Source of the DNA: Polyangiaceae bacterium
GTDB lineage: Bacteria; Myxococcota_A; Polyangia; Polyangiales; Polyangiaceae
Length of the DNA: 48,776 nucleotides
Direction: 5' to 3'
Assembly (NCBI GenBank): GCA_044222475.1
Contig: JBGANF010000052.1
Location: 1-48,776, forward strand
Shown here: piece by piece, positions 9,774 to 19,596 of the stretch
Layout of the letters: every line of letters begins with the position of its first letter
Numbering within the stretch: the stretch's first letter is position 1
Translations under genes and position numbers: made by a program
Notes under the pieces: model-generated
Database searches by the model: none
The model's input: the letters and a program-made list of their open reading frames with translations, nothing else
Told to the model about the DNA's origin: nothing

Positions 9774-11302
9774 CGCTCGATGTCCCATACTGGTACAACG
9801 CGGCGGTCGACCTCGTGGACGGCAACCTCGCCTCGGGTCGCTCGGACAAGATTGCGTACATCGACGATCGCGGCTCGACGACGTACGGCGCGCTCGCGCA
9901 GCAGGTGAACCGAGCAGCGAACCTCGTGCGAGAGCTCGGCGTCGCGCCGGAGCAGCGGGTGCTCCTATGCCTGCACGACAGCGTGAGCTTTCCCACCCTG
10001 TTTCTCGGAGCGATCCGGGCGGGGGTCGTCCCGGTGCCGGTGAACACGCTTCTCACGTCGCAGGACTACGCGCACATGATCGGCGACAGCCGCGCCAAGG
10101 TCGTCTTCGTTTCGGATGCGCTCGCGCCGAAGGTCGAGGAGGCGATCGCGACGCTCGCGGAGAACGCACGGCCTCGCGTGATTCGCGAGGGAGAGCTGGC
10201 GGGCATGTTGGCGCCGTTGCCCGACACCGCGGAGCCCGCGCGGACGACGCGCGACGACGTCGCGTTCTGGCTGTACTCGTCGGGCTCGACCGGTGCGCCG
10301 AAGGGCGCGACGCACCTCCACGCCAGCTTGGCGCGCACCGCGGAGCTCTACGCCCGCGGGATCCTCGGGATGACCGCGGACGACGTCGTGTTCTCCGCCG
10401 CGAAGCTGTTCTTCGCGTACGGGCTCGGAAACGCGCTCACGTTTCCGCTGGCCGTCGGCGCTACGGCGATCCTGATGGCCGAGCGACCGACGCCGGCAGC
10501 CGTGATGCGGACGATCCGTGAGCACCGGCCGACGATCTTCTGCGGAGTGCCGACCCTCTTCGCGTCGATCCTCGCGGACGATGCGAACGTGCCCGGGCCC
10601 GACTCGCGCCTGCGCGCGTGCACGTCGGCCGGTGAGGCGCTGCCGAAGCACGTCGGCGAGGCGTGGCGCGCGCGGTTCGGCGTCGACGTGTACGACGGCA
10701 TCGGCTCGACGGAGATGCTCCACATCTTCCTCAGCACGCGGCCGGGCGACGTGCGCTACGGCACGACGGGCAAAGCGGTGCCGGGGTACGAGCTCGAGCT
10801 CCGCGACGACGAAGGCAGGCCGAGCGGCGACGAGGGCATCCTCTGGGTGCGCGGCGAGACGGCGTGCACCGGCTACTGGAACCAGCGCGAGAAATCGCTC
10901 GCGACGTTTCACGGTCCATGGACGCGCACCGGCGACCGCTACACGCGCGACGCGGACGGATACTTCACCTACGCCGGTCGCGCCGACGACATGCTGAAGG
11001 TCGGCGGCATCTGGGTGTCGCCGTTCGAGGTCGAAAGCGCGCTGGCGAGGCATCCGCTCGTGCTCGAGGCGGCGGTCGTCGGGTGGCCCGACGCGGACGG
11101 CCTCGTGAAGCCGAAGGCGTTCGTCGTGTTGAAGGACCCGGGGGCGGCGATGGTCGTCGACGTCGGGCGCGAGCTGCAGACGTTCGTCAAGTCGATGCTT
11201 GCGCCCTACAAGTATCCGCGCTGGATCGAAATCGTGACCGAGCTCCCGAAGACGGCGACCGGCAAGATCCAGCGCTTCAAGCTGCGACCGCCTAGGGCAT
11301 GA
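9770..11302 (+). CDS. Benzoate-CoA ligase family AMP-binding enzyme
   Basis: YNAAVDL, WLYSSGSTGAPKG, KLFFAYGLGN, SAGEALP, DGIGSTEMLHIF, PKTATGKIQR; ATGA overlap with upstream gene. Confidence 0.92.
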   Translation: MTLDVPYWYNAAVDLVDGNLASGRSDKIAYIDDRGSTTYGALAQQVNRAANLVRELGVAPEQRVLLCLHDSVSFPTLFLGAIRAGVVPVPVNTLLTSQDYAHMIGDSRAKVVFVSDALAPKVEEAIATLAENARPRVIREGELAGMLAPLPDTAEPARTTRDDVAFWLYSSGSTGAPKGATHLHASLARTAELYARGILGMTADDVVFSAAKLFFAYGLGNALTFPLAVGATAILMAERPTPAAVMRTIREHRPTIFCGVPTLFASILADDANVPGPDSRLRACTSAGEALPKHVGEAWRARFGVDVYDGIGSTEMLHIFLSTRPGDVRYGTTGKAVPGYELELRDDEGRPSGDEGILWVRGETACTGYWNQREKSLATFHGPWTRTGDRYTRDADGYFTYAGRADDMLKVGGIWVSPFEVESALARHPLVLEAAVVGWPDADGLVKPKAFVVLKDPGAAMVVDVGRELQTFVKSMLAPYKYPRWIEIVTELPKTATGKIQRFKLRPPRA

Positions 11303-12134
11303 ACACCGGGTCGGGTTGGTCCAGACCCAGCGCCGGATCGTGGAGCGGCATCAGGAAGAGCTCTTCGTAGATCCAGTCGACCATGGCATCGGCCGACCAC
11401 TCCATGCCGGCGGCGAAGGCTTCGTGGATGCGGCGATGGATCGCCAGGTTCTGCGCGGTGTCTGCCGCGAGGTTCTCGCCGACGCGGCGGAGCTGCGCGA
11501 GCAACGGCGACTCGACCATGTGCTTCGACATCGCAAGCATGCTCGCGCGCTCCGCGCGGGAGGGGGGCCTCGCCGGCGCCGGCGGCAGCGCGCGAACGAG
11601 CGACTCGTGTCTCTTCGCGAGCTCCGCGCGCGGCGTCATCGCGGTGCGGTGCGCTTCGAGCAGGAGCCCGGCGAAGGTGGCCGGGTCGAACAGCCCGGGC
11701 AACGCGTCGACCGGCCGACCTTCGGCGTCGAGCACGGCGTGCAGGCTGTTTCCAGTGATCGTCTTCTCGATGCGGCGGTCGCCGAAGTCGAGCGTGAGGA
11801 TCGGCACCGGGCGCACCGACTGCCAGTGAAGGACGAAGCGCTCACCGAGGATCGAGCGCACCTTGGCGTCGGGGTAGAGGAGCTTCCGGAAGAAGCGGCT
11901 GTTCGCGCACGAGCGCTCTTCGTCGAGGCGACCGAGCAGGCGCAACGAAAGGATGGGGCGACGCGTGGCGCGCGCTTCGGCTTTCGCCGCGTCGAGGTCG
12001 GTGAACCAGTAGAGGAGCGACGTGTGGGCGTCCTTCTGGGCGCAGATGCGGTCGAGATCGAGTGACGCCGAGGCGCCGTGTTGCTTCAGGTAGGTGGCTA
12101 GGCCACGCGGGCCGAGAGAGCGGAGGTCGTTCAT
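11292..12134 (-). CDS. Thioredoxin-fold-like conserved hypothetical protein
   Basis: WFTDLDAAKAEARATRRPILSLRLLG, SCANSRFFR, FVLHWQSVRP, ITGNSLH. Confidence 0.65.
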   Translation of the reverse strand: MNDLRSLGPRGLATYLKQHGASASLDLDRICAQKDAHTSLLYWFTDLDAAKAEARATRRPILSLRLLGRLDEERSCANSRFFRKLLYPDAKVRSILGERFVLHWQSVRPVPILTLDFGDRRIEKTITGNSLHAVLDAEGRPVDALPGLFDPATFAGLLLEAHRTAMTPRAELAKRHESLVRALPPAPARPPSRAERASMLAMSKHMVESPLLAQLRRVGENLAADTAQNLAIHRRIHEAFAAGMEWSADAMVDWIYEELFLMPLHDPALGLDQPDPVFMP

Positions 12135-12190
12135 GACCTCAACGTCGTTCGGCGAGCGCGCCGGCGTGTAAGGCGTGTGTAAGGACGACC

Positions 12191-12442
12191 CTAGAACGGG
12201 CAGCCCGGCCCTCGGGGGTCGGGCCGCCCGCCAACGTGCGGCAGACCCAGGAATTCGTACATCCGTTCGCCACGCTCCCAATGGTCCTCGTACCGATTGG
12301 CGGGCGGGAGCGAGCCGAACGTGAAGGTCATCGACGACGTCGCCTTCGCATGCTGGATCACCGTCGCGTGGCTCACCGGTCGAACCTCTCCCCGATCGCC
12401 GAACGTCATGACCGCGGCAAACGCAAGAAACACCGGTCCCAT
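12191..12442 (-). CDS. Small (83 aa) hypothetical protein with hydrophobic N-terminus
   Basis: Fills the gap between two co-oriented genes; MGPVFLAFAAVM; ends GPGCPF. Confidence 0.45.
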   Translation of the reverse strand: MGPVFLAFAAVMTFGDRGEVRPVSHATVIQHAKATSSMTFTFGSLPPANRYEDHWERGERMYEFLGLPHVGGRPDPRGPGCPF

Positions 12443-12467
12443 GCAAACCTCGACAACTTGGGGACGC

Positions 12468-13136
12468 TCAAGTTCCCCGCGCCCACACGTATCCGACGCC
12501 TTTCACGGACACGATGACTGCCGGCTCCTTGGGATCTCGCTCCACCTTCGTGCGCAGCGTGGAGATCGCGACGTCGACGGCACGCGTCGTGTTGTCGGGC
12601 GAGATGCCGAAGACGTGCTCGAGGAGCTCGGCGCGTGGCACGACGCGACCGGCGTGACGGACGAGCCAGCGGACGATGTCGACCTCGCGCGCGCTCAAGG
12701 CGTGCGTCGCCTCGCCGCGGGTCGCGGTGTGGCGATCGAGATCGATCCTGCAGCCGTCGGCTTCGACGATCGACGGAGGGTGCGGCACGAGTGCCGCGGT
12801 GCGCCCGGCGGCCGACACTCGCGCGACCATCTGCGACGGGGCGAACGACGCGTCGAACGCGTCGGAGGCGCCCGCCTCCAGCGCTGCGATGCGACCGAGG
12901 ACGTCGCCGGGGCGGGTCACGACGATCACCGCGACGTCGGGTCGGGCGCGCTTCACGTCGGCCGCCGACTTCGCGACGAGGATCACGTCGGCCGGCCGGG
13001 CGCGCTCGATCGCTTCTTGCACAGTGCAACGATCGACCGGACGCCCCGCGCCTTCGATCGCCGAGAGGACGGACTCGTCGGTGAGCGCTGCGAAGATGCG
13101 CATCGACTGGGAGCGTACCGCAAGCTCAGTTCGCAC
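12468..13136 (-). CDS. OmpR/PhoB-family winged-helix regulator with degenerate receiver domain (alternative start 13103)
   Basis: LSAREVDIVRWL, TRAVDVAISTLRTKVE, IVSVKGVGY; receiver remnant IAALEAGASD. Confidence 0.85.
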   Translation of the reverse strand: MRTELAVRSQSMRIFAALTDESVLSAIEGAGRPVDRCTVQEAIERARPADVILVAKSAADVKRARPDVAVIVVTRPGDVLGRIAALEAGASDAFDASFAPSQMVARVSAAGRTAALVPHPPSIVEADGCRIDLDRHTATRGEATHALSAREVDIVRWLVRHAGRVVPRAELLEHVFGISPDNTTRAVDVAISTLRTKVERDPKEPAVIVSVKGVGYVWARGT

Positions 13137-13635
13137 GCCGCGCGGCGACTTCGCGCTGAACCCGTGTGCCGAGCTCGACCACGTCGCCGAGCATGTGCGT
13201 CATTGCCCGCTCGGTCCCGTCGGTGAGCCGAAGCCGATAGACGTCGGTGCGGGCGACCGTCACGCCGGAGGCAGTGCGCTCGGTGCGGTTCGCCACGATG
13301 TCGGCGATCTCGTCCCAGAGAATCTTCCGCGTGAGTCCACGCTCCGTCCACGCGAGACCGTTCTCGTGGAGTGCGATCGCGAGGGTCGACTTGAAGGCGA
13401 CCTGCCGAATCACCACGGCCGCGATGGCGACCAGCACCACGCCGATGGCGCCGTTCGTCCAGCGATCGCCGGCGAAGACCTGACCCGGCGCCGATTGGAA
13501 GCCGGTGAGGAGTGCGATCCCTGGCAGCCCAAAAACCATGAAGACAATCAGGATCGGTCGAACCGGTGGAGGCGAACGGAAGCGGCGCTCGAGCCCCCCG
13601 AGATCGCGCGATGGCGAACGGTACGGTTGGCTCAT
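13126..13635 (-). CDS. Two-TM membrane protein with PH-like C-terminal domain
   Basis: ATGA overlap; two hydrophobic helices followed by IALHENGLAW...ILWDEI. Confidence 0.65.
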   Translation of the reverse strand: MSQPYRSPSRDLGGLERRFRSPPPVRPILIVFMVFGLPGIALLTGFQSAPGQVFAGDRWTNGAIGVVLVAIAAVVIRQVAFKSTLAIALHENGLAWTERGLTRKILWDEIADIVANRTERTASGVTVARTDVYRLRLTDGTERAMTHMLGDVVELGTRVQREVAARRAN

Positions 13636-14900
13636 GGGCACCGAAGACGCTCGAACCAGGTCCCCGACGCGTCGGTGAACACGACGGAGAGCGCGCCGCC
13701 CGGGTCGTTCGTCACGGCGACGTCGCGCGCGGAGCCGTGGGTCGGGATCAGGCCGGTCGCGACGAAGCCGGCGTTGGTCACGCGACCGAGCTCTAGGACG
13801 CGCGGCGCGCCGAAGCGCGCCTCCGCGGGTTTCACGCGCAGCGCCCACGGATCGCCGGTCGCCAGGGTCGTCGCCGCGACCGGCGCGGGGTCGAGACCGT
13901 TGGCGTAGTCGGACCAGTGCTCGTCGCTCGCGACGCCGAAGCGCGTCACCAGCAAGCCGAAGCCCACGTCGTGGGCGATGGGCACGAGCGCGAGCGCGCG
14001 GCCGTCGGTCGACGTGGCGAGCGCGCCTCCGGTGTACGTCTCGGCGCCGCCGGCGACGAAGAGGACGTCGTCCTTGTCTCGCTCGATCTTTCCGCCCCGC
14101 AGCGAGAGCCCGACGCCGTGGATGGGGGCCATGCCTCGGCGCCCGTCGATGTAGAGCGCAACCATCTTGTCCGTCCCTGCCACTGCCAAGGTGACGAACG
14201 TGGCTCCGGCGCCGTCGTCGGAGATGCGGATGAGCGGCGTGCTCGCGCCCACGATCCACGCCTCGGTGGTCACGCCTTCGCTCGTCTTGCGCTCGGCGAG
14301 GAACGCGACGACCGTCTCGCCGCCGAGGCTCGCGGCGGCGAGGCGGGTCCCCGGCTTCGCCTTGCCGACGTTGGTCGCGGCGCCTCCCGCGAGCGGCGTC
14401 CGTTGGATCGCGCCGTCGCGATCCATGCAGAATGCAAACGTCCCAGCGGCTGCGCATCCGGGATCGGTCGCGCTCGTCGCACCAGCGAACGGTGCCTCCT
14501 TGGCCGGCGCCGGGGCGCTCTTCGGGGTCGGTTGGTGCACGACCTTGGGCGCACCGCCCACGAGGAACACCACGTCCACGCCGTCGCCGTTGGCGGTGAT
14601 CGCAGCCGAGCCGGTGTGAGGCAACTGAATCGGACCCGCGAGCACGGGGCACGGCCCGCCGCCGTCGCCGATCGGAAGCGCCATAGCCGACGACGCGCCG
14701 CTCACCGTGGCCGTGGCGCTCGGCGCAGTCGCGGTGACGGTGGCCGAGGGGACGGCGGACGCGACGGCATCGGGAGCGCTGACGCCAGCGTCCGGCGAGA
14801 CGACGGGCTTGTCTCCGCATTTGTCGCACGCCGCGGTGAACGCGACGATCAACACCCACGGAGCCCACCTCGAAGGAACACGCTTCGCCCCAGCCCTCAC
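13632..14900 (-). CDS. Lipoprotein, hypothetical (Ala/Thr linker + beta-rich domain); start uncertain
   Basis: WVLIVAFTAA-C; PDAG linker; typical codon usage. Confidence 0.65.
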   Translation of the reverse strand: MRAGAKRVPSRWAPWVLIVAFTAACDKCGDKPVVSPDAGVSAPDAVASAVPSATVTATAPSATATVSGASSAMALPIGDGGGPCPVLAGPIQLPHTGSAAITANGDGVDVVFLVGGAPKVVHQPTPKSAPAPAKEAPFAGATSATDPGCAAAGTFAFCMDRDGAIQRTPLAGGAATNVGKAKPGTRLAAASLGGETVVAFLAERKTSEGVTTEAWIVGASTPLIRISDDGAGATFVTLAVAGTDKMVALYIDGRRGMAPIHGVGLSLRGGKIERDKDDVLFVAGGAETYTGGALATSTDGRALALVPIAHDVGFGLLVTRFGVASDEHWSDYANGLDPAPVAATTLATGDPWALRVKPAEARFGAPRVLELGRVTNAGFVATGLIPTHGSARDVAVTNDPGGALSVVFTDASGTWFERLRCP

Positions 14901-14991
14901 GTCCACCACCAAAGGACACTTCGAACCGAAGGGCAAGCCTCCGCCCATCGAAGGCATCGCCGAAACGCGTCGACGTGATACCTCTGGTTCG

Positions 14992-15417
14992 GTGGGGGGA
15001 GAGCTCGCCAAGGCACTGATGGGAGGTGGCCTAATCGGCCTCGGGGCGTCGATCTTGCTCTTCGGTACGGGTCGCGTCGCGGGCATCAGCGGCATCTTCT
15101 TCACGTCGATGGTGCCGAAGACGTCCGACCGCGGCTGGCGGCTGGCGTTCGTGGCCGGGATGATCGCGACCGGCGCGATCCTCGCCATCGCGTTCCCCGG
15201 GAGCGTCCAGGAGGCGCCGGCGAACCTCGCCATCGTCGGCGTGTCGGGTCTGGCCGTCGGCTTCGGGACGCGACTCGGCTCGGGGTGCACGAGCGGTCAC
15301 GGCGTGTGCGGGAACGCGCGGCTCTCGATCCGGTCGATCGTGGCGACGTGCCTCTTCATGGCGGGAGGCGGCATCGCCCTCATCGCCGCGTGGGCCATCG
15401 GGGGGCCCCTCCGATGA
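14992..15417 (+). CDS. YeeE/YedE-family sulfur-compound transporter, first half
   Basis: GGGLIG, GRVAGISG, GTRLGSGCTSGHGVCG. Confidence 0.88.
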   Translation: MGGELAKALMGGGLIGLGASILLFGTGRVAGISGIFFTSMVPKTSDRGWRLAFVAGMIATGAILAIAFPGSVQEAPANLAIVGVSGLAVGFGTRLGSGCTSGHGVCGNARLSIRSIVATCLFMAGGGIALIAAWAIGGPLR

Positions 15418-15860
15418 AGCGCGCCGGGATCGCGTTCGTGTCGGGGGCGCTCTTCACCGCGGGGTTGAACCTCTCGGGGATGACGCACCCGCGGAAGATC
15501 CTCGGCTTCCTCGACTTCACCGGCCTCTACACCGGCAAATGGGACCCGAGCTTGATCGTGGTCATGCTCACCGCGCTCGCCGTGCACGCGGTGCTGTATC
15601 GGCTGATCCTGAGCAGGCAGAAGCCCCTCGTCGGCGACGCGTTCGTTCTTCCACCCGCCGGACGCATCGACGCGAAGCTCGTCGTCGGGTCGCTCGTGTG
15701 GGGCGCCGGCTGGGGCATCACCGGGCTTTGTCCCGGCCCCATCCTCGCTGCGGTCGGCGACCTCAACACGGGCGGCGTCACGTTCTTCGGATCGATGATC
15801 GGCGGCATGTGGATCCATCACGCCGTCTTCGGCGCGTCCGGCGCCGACGAGATGAAGTAA
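15414..15860 (+). CDS. YeeE/YedE-related membrane protein, second half
   Basis: GLNLSGMTHPRKILGFLD, WDPSL, GWGITGLCPGP; ATGA overlap. Confidence 0.88.
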   Translation: MKRAGIAFVSGALFTAGLNLSGMTHPRKILGFLDFTGLYTGKWDPSLIVVMLTALAVHAVLYRLILSRQKPLVGDAFVLPPAGRIDAKLVVGSLVWGAGWGITGLCPGPILAAVGDLNTGGVTFFGSMIGGMWIHHAVFGASGADEMK

Positions 15861-15869
15861 GATGAGTCG

Positions 15870-16610
15870 ATGAAGCAGCTCGTTCGCGCGGTCACGGTGG
15901 CCTCGGTCCTCGCCGCCGCTTCCTCGGCAGGGGCGCACATCGCGCTCAAGTCCCCGACGGCGCGGACGAACGACCAGATCCAGCTCAAGGTCGGCCCGTG
16001 CGGGCAGAACACGAACGCCCGCACGAGCAAGATCACCGTCTTCAAGCCAGGCCAGACGATCACCGTCGCTTGGGACGAGACGATCAACCACCCGGGGCAC
16101 TATCGGATCTCGTTCGACCCGAACGGCACGAACTTCCCGAACCCAAAGAGCTTCACCGACATGGACGGCGGAGTGAACGTCCTCGTCGACGGCATCCCCG
16201 ACAAGACCGGCGTCGCTCCGATCGCGTACACGCAGCAGGTCACCCTCCCGAACGTGGAGTGCAACAATTGCACTCTACAACTGATTCAGGTGATGACGGA
16301 CAAGCCGCCGTACGATCCGAGCCCCGCCGGCAACGACATCTACTACCAGTGCGCCGATCTCGTGCTCACCAACAGCGACGCCGGGATCCCGGTGAACGAC
16401 TCCGGCGTGCCGGTGGCCGACTCCGGCAGCGGAAACCCCGACTCGAGCACACCCACTCCCGACGGCGGGACCGGCACCGATCCGGTCGCGAACGACGGCG
16501 GTTGCCAGTGCGCGGTCACGCCCGGTCGCACGGCGGCCGGAGCGACGGGCGGTCTCGTGTTCACCGCGCTCGCGATCGGCCTGCTCGCGCGTCGCCGTCG
16601 GGTGCGCTAG
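15870..16610 (+). CDS. Lytic polysaccharide monooxygenase-like protein with MYXO-CTERM anchor
   Basis: Signal cleavage AGA-H gives an N-terminal His; NHPGHY; CNNCTLQLIQ; YYQCAD; C-terminal GGCQCA + TM + RRRR. Confidence 0.8.
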   Translation: MKQLVRAVTVASVLAAASSAGAHIALKSPTARTNDQIQLKVGPCGQNTNARTSKITVFKPGQTITVAWDETINHPGHYRISFDPNGTNFPNPKSFTDMDGGVNVLVDGIPDKTGVAPIAYTQQVTLPNVECNNCTLQLIQVMTDKPPYDPSPAGNDIYYQCADLVLTNSDAGIPVNDSGVPVADSGSGNPDSSTPTPDGGTGTDPVANDGGCQCAVTPGRTAAGATGGLVFTALAIGLLARRRRVR

Positions 16611-16623
16611 AGCACCCCGGAGC

Positions 16624-18411
16624 ATGGCCCGCATCGACGACCCGCTCCCGCCAAAGGGGGACCCGATCCCGGCACCCCGCGCGCGGCGGCTGCTTCGTCG
16701 GGCGCTCCTTCTCGCGAGACCCGAGTGGAAGTCGCTGGTCCTCGGCATCTTCTTCCTCGTCGTCGCCAGCGCCACGAACCTGATCTTCCCTCAAGCGATC
16801 CGCATGCTGATCGACGGAGCGCTCGCGTCCGGGTCGGAAGGCACGGTGGATCGCGCCGCGCTCTTTCTCCTGATGGTCGGGCTCGTGTCCGCCGTAGCCG
16901 GCTCCGCACGCTACGTGCTCTTCATCGTCTCCGGCGAGCGCGTCGTGACTCGGCTGCGCCGCGACGCGTACGCGAAGCTCATCGAGCAGGAGATCGCGTT
17001 CTTCGACGAGCACAAGACCGGCGATCTCTCGAGTCGGCTCGCCTCCGACACCGCCGTCCTCCAATCGGCCGTCAGCGCGAACATCTCGATGCTGCTCCGC
17101 AACGGCGTCGCTGCAGCCGGCGGCGTCGCGATGCTCTTCTACACGTCGTGGAAGCTCGCGCTCGTCATGCTCGCCGTCGTCCCCGCGATCGCGCTCGGCG
17201 CGGTGTTCTACGGGCGACGTGTGCGGCGCCTGTCGCGCGAGGTCCAGGACGCGCTCGGCAACGCGGCGTCCATCGGCGAGGAGAGCCTCGTCGGGATCCG
17301 CACCGTGCGCGCGTTCACCGCCGAGCGAGCCGAGGTCGCGCGCTACGGCGACGCGGTCGAGAGGTCGTTCGAGCTGGCCAAGAAGCGGACCCTGGTCACC
17401 GGTGCGTTCATGGGCATCGGCACCGCGGCGGCCATCGGCGCCATCGCGCTCGTCATGTGGTACGGCGGGCGGCTCGTCATCTCGGGCGGGATGAGCGTCG
17501 GCGCGCTGACCTCGTTCCTCGTCTACACGATGTTCGTCGCGTTCTCGCTCGGCGCCCTCGGGGAGCTCTGGGCCGACTTCATGCGCGCCGCCGGCGCGGC
17601 GGAGCGCGTGTTCGAGATCATCGATCGCGTCCCGCTCATGACCCGCGGCAAGGGAAAGCGGCCCGACTCGGTGAAGGGGCTCGTCGAGCTCTCGCACGTC
17701 GACTTCGCGTACCCCGCGCGACCCAAGGCGCCAGTCCTCGTCGACCTCGATCTCCGCATCGAGCCCGGAAAGGTCGTGGCCGTCGTCGGCGCGTCGGGTG
17801 CCGGCAAGAGCACGATCGCCGGGCTCATCACCCGCCTCTACGATCCGACGAAGGGCGCGGTCGCCCTCGACGGGATCGACGTGCGCGAGCTCGATCCCGA
17901 GTGGCTCCGCGCTCAGGTCGGGATCGTCGCGCAGGAGCCTCTGCTGTTTTCGACGACCATCGGAGACAACATCCGCTACGGGCGTCCCGACGCCACGGAC
18001 GCCGAGGTCGAAGCCGCAGCCCGCGCCGCCAACGCGCACGACTTCATCGCGTCGTTCCCCGAGGGCTACGCGACGAAGGTCGGCGAGCGCGGGGTGCAGC
18101 TCTCCGGCGGGCAGAAGCAGCGCGTCGCCATCGCGCGGGCGGTCCTGAAGGACCCGAAGGTCCTCATCCTCGACGAAGCGACGAGCGCGCTCGACGCCGA
18201 GAGCGAGCACCTCGTCCACGAAGCGCTCGAGCGACTGCTCGCCGGACGCACGACGCTCGTCATCGCGCACCGACTCTCGACGGTGAAGAACGCCGACAGC
18301 GTCGTCGTGCTCGAAGGCGGCAAGATCGTCCAAAAGGGAACCCACGCCGAGCTGATCGGCGAAGCGGGGCTCTACCGCCGGCTCGTCGAGCGGCAGTTCG
18401 TCGCGGCCTAG
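16624..18411 (+). CDS. ABC exporter, fused permease + ATPase (MsbA/ABCB-like)
   Basis: TM domain; GASGAGKST, LSGGQKQR, ILDEATSALD, IAHRLST. Confidence 0.95.
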   Translation: MARIDDPLPPKGDPIPAPRARRLLRRALLLARPEWKSLVLGIFFLVVASATNLIFPQAIRMLIDGALASGSEGTVDRAALFLLMVGLVSAVAGSARYVLFIVSGERVVTRLRRDAYAKLIEQEIAFFDEHKTGDLSSRLASDTAVLQSAVSANISMLLRNGVAAAGGVAMLFYTSWKLALVMLAVVPAIALGAVFYGRRVRRLSREVQDALGNAASIGEESLVGIRTVRAFTAERAEVARYGDAVERSFELAKKRTLVTGAFMGIGTAAAIGAIALVMWYGGRLVISGGMSVGALTSFLVYTMFVAFSLGALGELWADFMRAAGAAERVFEIIDRVPLMTRGKGKRPDSVKGLVELSHVDFAYPARPKAPVLVDLDLRIEPGKVVAVVGASGAGKSTIAGLITRLYDPTKGAVALDGIDVRELDPEWLRAQVGIVAQEPLLFSTTIGDNIRYGRPDATDAEVEAAARAANAHDFIASFPEGYATKVGERGVQLSGGQKQRVAIARAVLKDPKVLILDEATSALDAESEHLVHEALERLLAGRTTLVIAHRLSTVKNADSVVVLEGGKIVQKGTHAELIGEAGLYRRLVERQFVAA

Positions 18412-18412
18412 A

Positions 18413-19468
18413 TCACTCGACGATCTCCGTCGATTCGAGGATGCGATCGAGGGCTGCGACGGCCCCGCTCTGGCCGACCGGGAACGACACGCTGGTCCCG
18501 TAGGCGCGACCTCGGTCGACGAAGAAGCACGAGTGGACCTCGAACACGGGGAGCGCCCCCTGGACGACCGATCCGCGCGCCGCCGTGCCGGCGTGCTTGC
18601 CGAAACAAGTCCCCGGGCCACGGCTGACCTCACGATAGGTGAGGCCGTCGGTCGACTTCGCGACACTCGCCCACCACGCGGCAGCGACCTCGGTCTCCGT
18701 GCGCGTCGCCCCGATCTTGGTGGCCGAGAAGGCAAGGTCGGTGCGGTCCGGCGCGTGGAGCGCGATCGTGTGGTCGTCCTCGATCTTCACCGCGTAGAAG
18801 CTCGGGTGGTGAACGACGAGCAGCCCGTTCGGGAGGCGCGTCGCGATCGTCCCACCATCCCAATTTGGGACCGCGAGAGGATGGAGGGTGACCGACGACA
18901 GGATCCGGTCGAGCACCGACTGCTCGCGTTTCCGCTCGGCCGTCGGCACGAGGTAGGTGATGAACCCGGCGACGTGAGCGAGGACGAAGAAGCACCCGCG
19001 GAGCTCGGTCGGTCGCGCGCCGGGCACGCTGACCTTCTCCTCCGTCTCCACGCCGGGGTACTTGTCGAGGCAGTTGCCGGGCTTGTGGGAGGCGTCCGAG
19101 AACGTCGCGCCCTCGCTCGCCAGCTTCGCCCGCAGGATCTTCAGATCGCGCTCTGCCAGCTCGGTGGGGTCCTCGGTCATCGGGTTCATGACCGCACCGA
19201 CGGTCAAGCTCAGGGCTTCGTCGTCGAGCTCGATGGTCGCGTTGTCGAGTGGGGTGGCCGTGAACCCGTGGGGGTACCGCACCGAGATGAGCCCGTTGCG
19301 GGTCGTGATCTCGGGGTCGTCGTTCGGCGGCGGCGCAGCGCTCGTCTCGGGACCGACGTGAACCGCCGCGGGCGGCGCGTGGACGGCGGAGCGAACCGCA
19401 TAGGCGATCGCCGCGACGCCGAAAGCGGCGACGAGAGCCCTCACGATCACGCGTCGGCTCAACGCCAT
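18413..19468 (-). CDS. Exported protein with two tandem PsbP-like repeats
   Basis: N-terminal TM; duplicated NGL..P / PGxC / CFFV / LDRIL motifs. Confidence 0.65.
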   Translation of the reverse strand: MALSRRVIVRALVAAFGVAAIAYAVRSAVHAPPAAVHVGPETSAAPPPNDDPEITTRNGLISVRYPHGFTATPLDNATIELDDEALSLTVGAVMNPMTEDPTELAERDLKILRAKLASEGATFSDASHKPGNCLDKYPGVETEEKVSVPGARPTELRGCFFVLAHVAGFITYLVPTAERKREQSVLDRILSSVTLHPLAVPNWDGGTIATRLPNGLLVVHHPSFYAVKIEDDHTIALHAPDRTDLAFSATKIGATRTETEVAAAWWASVAKSTDGLTYREVSRGPGTCFGKHAGTAARGSVVQGALPVFEVHSCFFVDRGRAYGTSVSFPVGQSGAVAALDRILESTEIVE

Positions 19469-19596
19469 CGGCGCGAGCATACACGTCATCGTGTTGCCGG
19501 CACGGTTGGTGCTTGACGCACCCCACGAAGGGGCAGCCGCGTCGGAATTCGCGCAGGGGCTGCGTCGGCGCGCACGCAGTGCGCAGGGAGGTCCTC

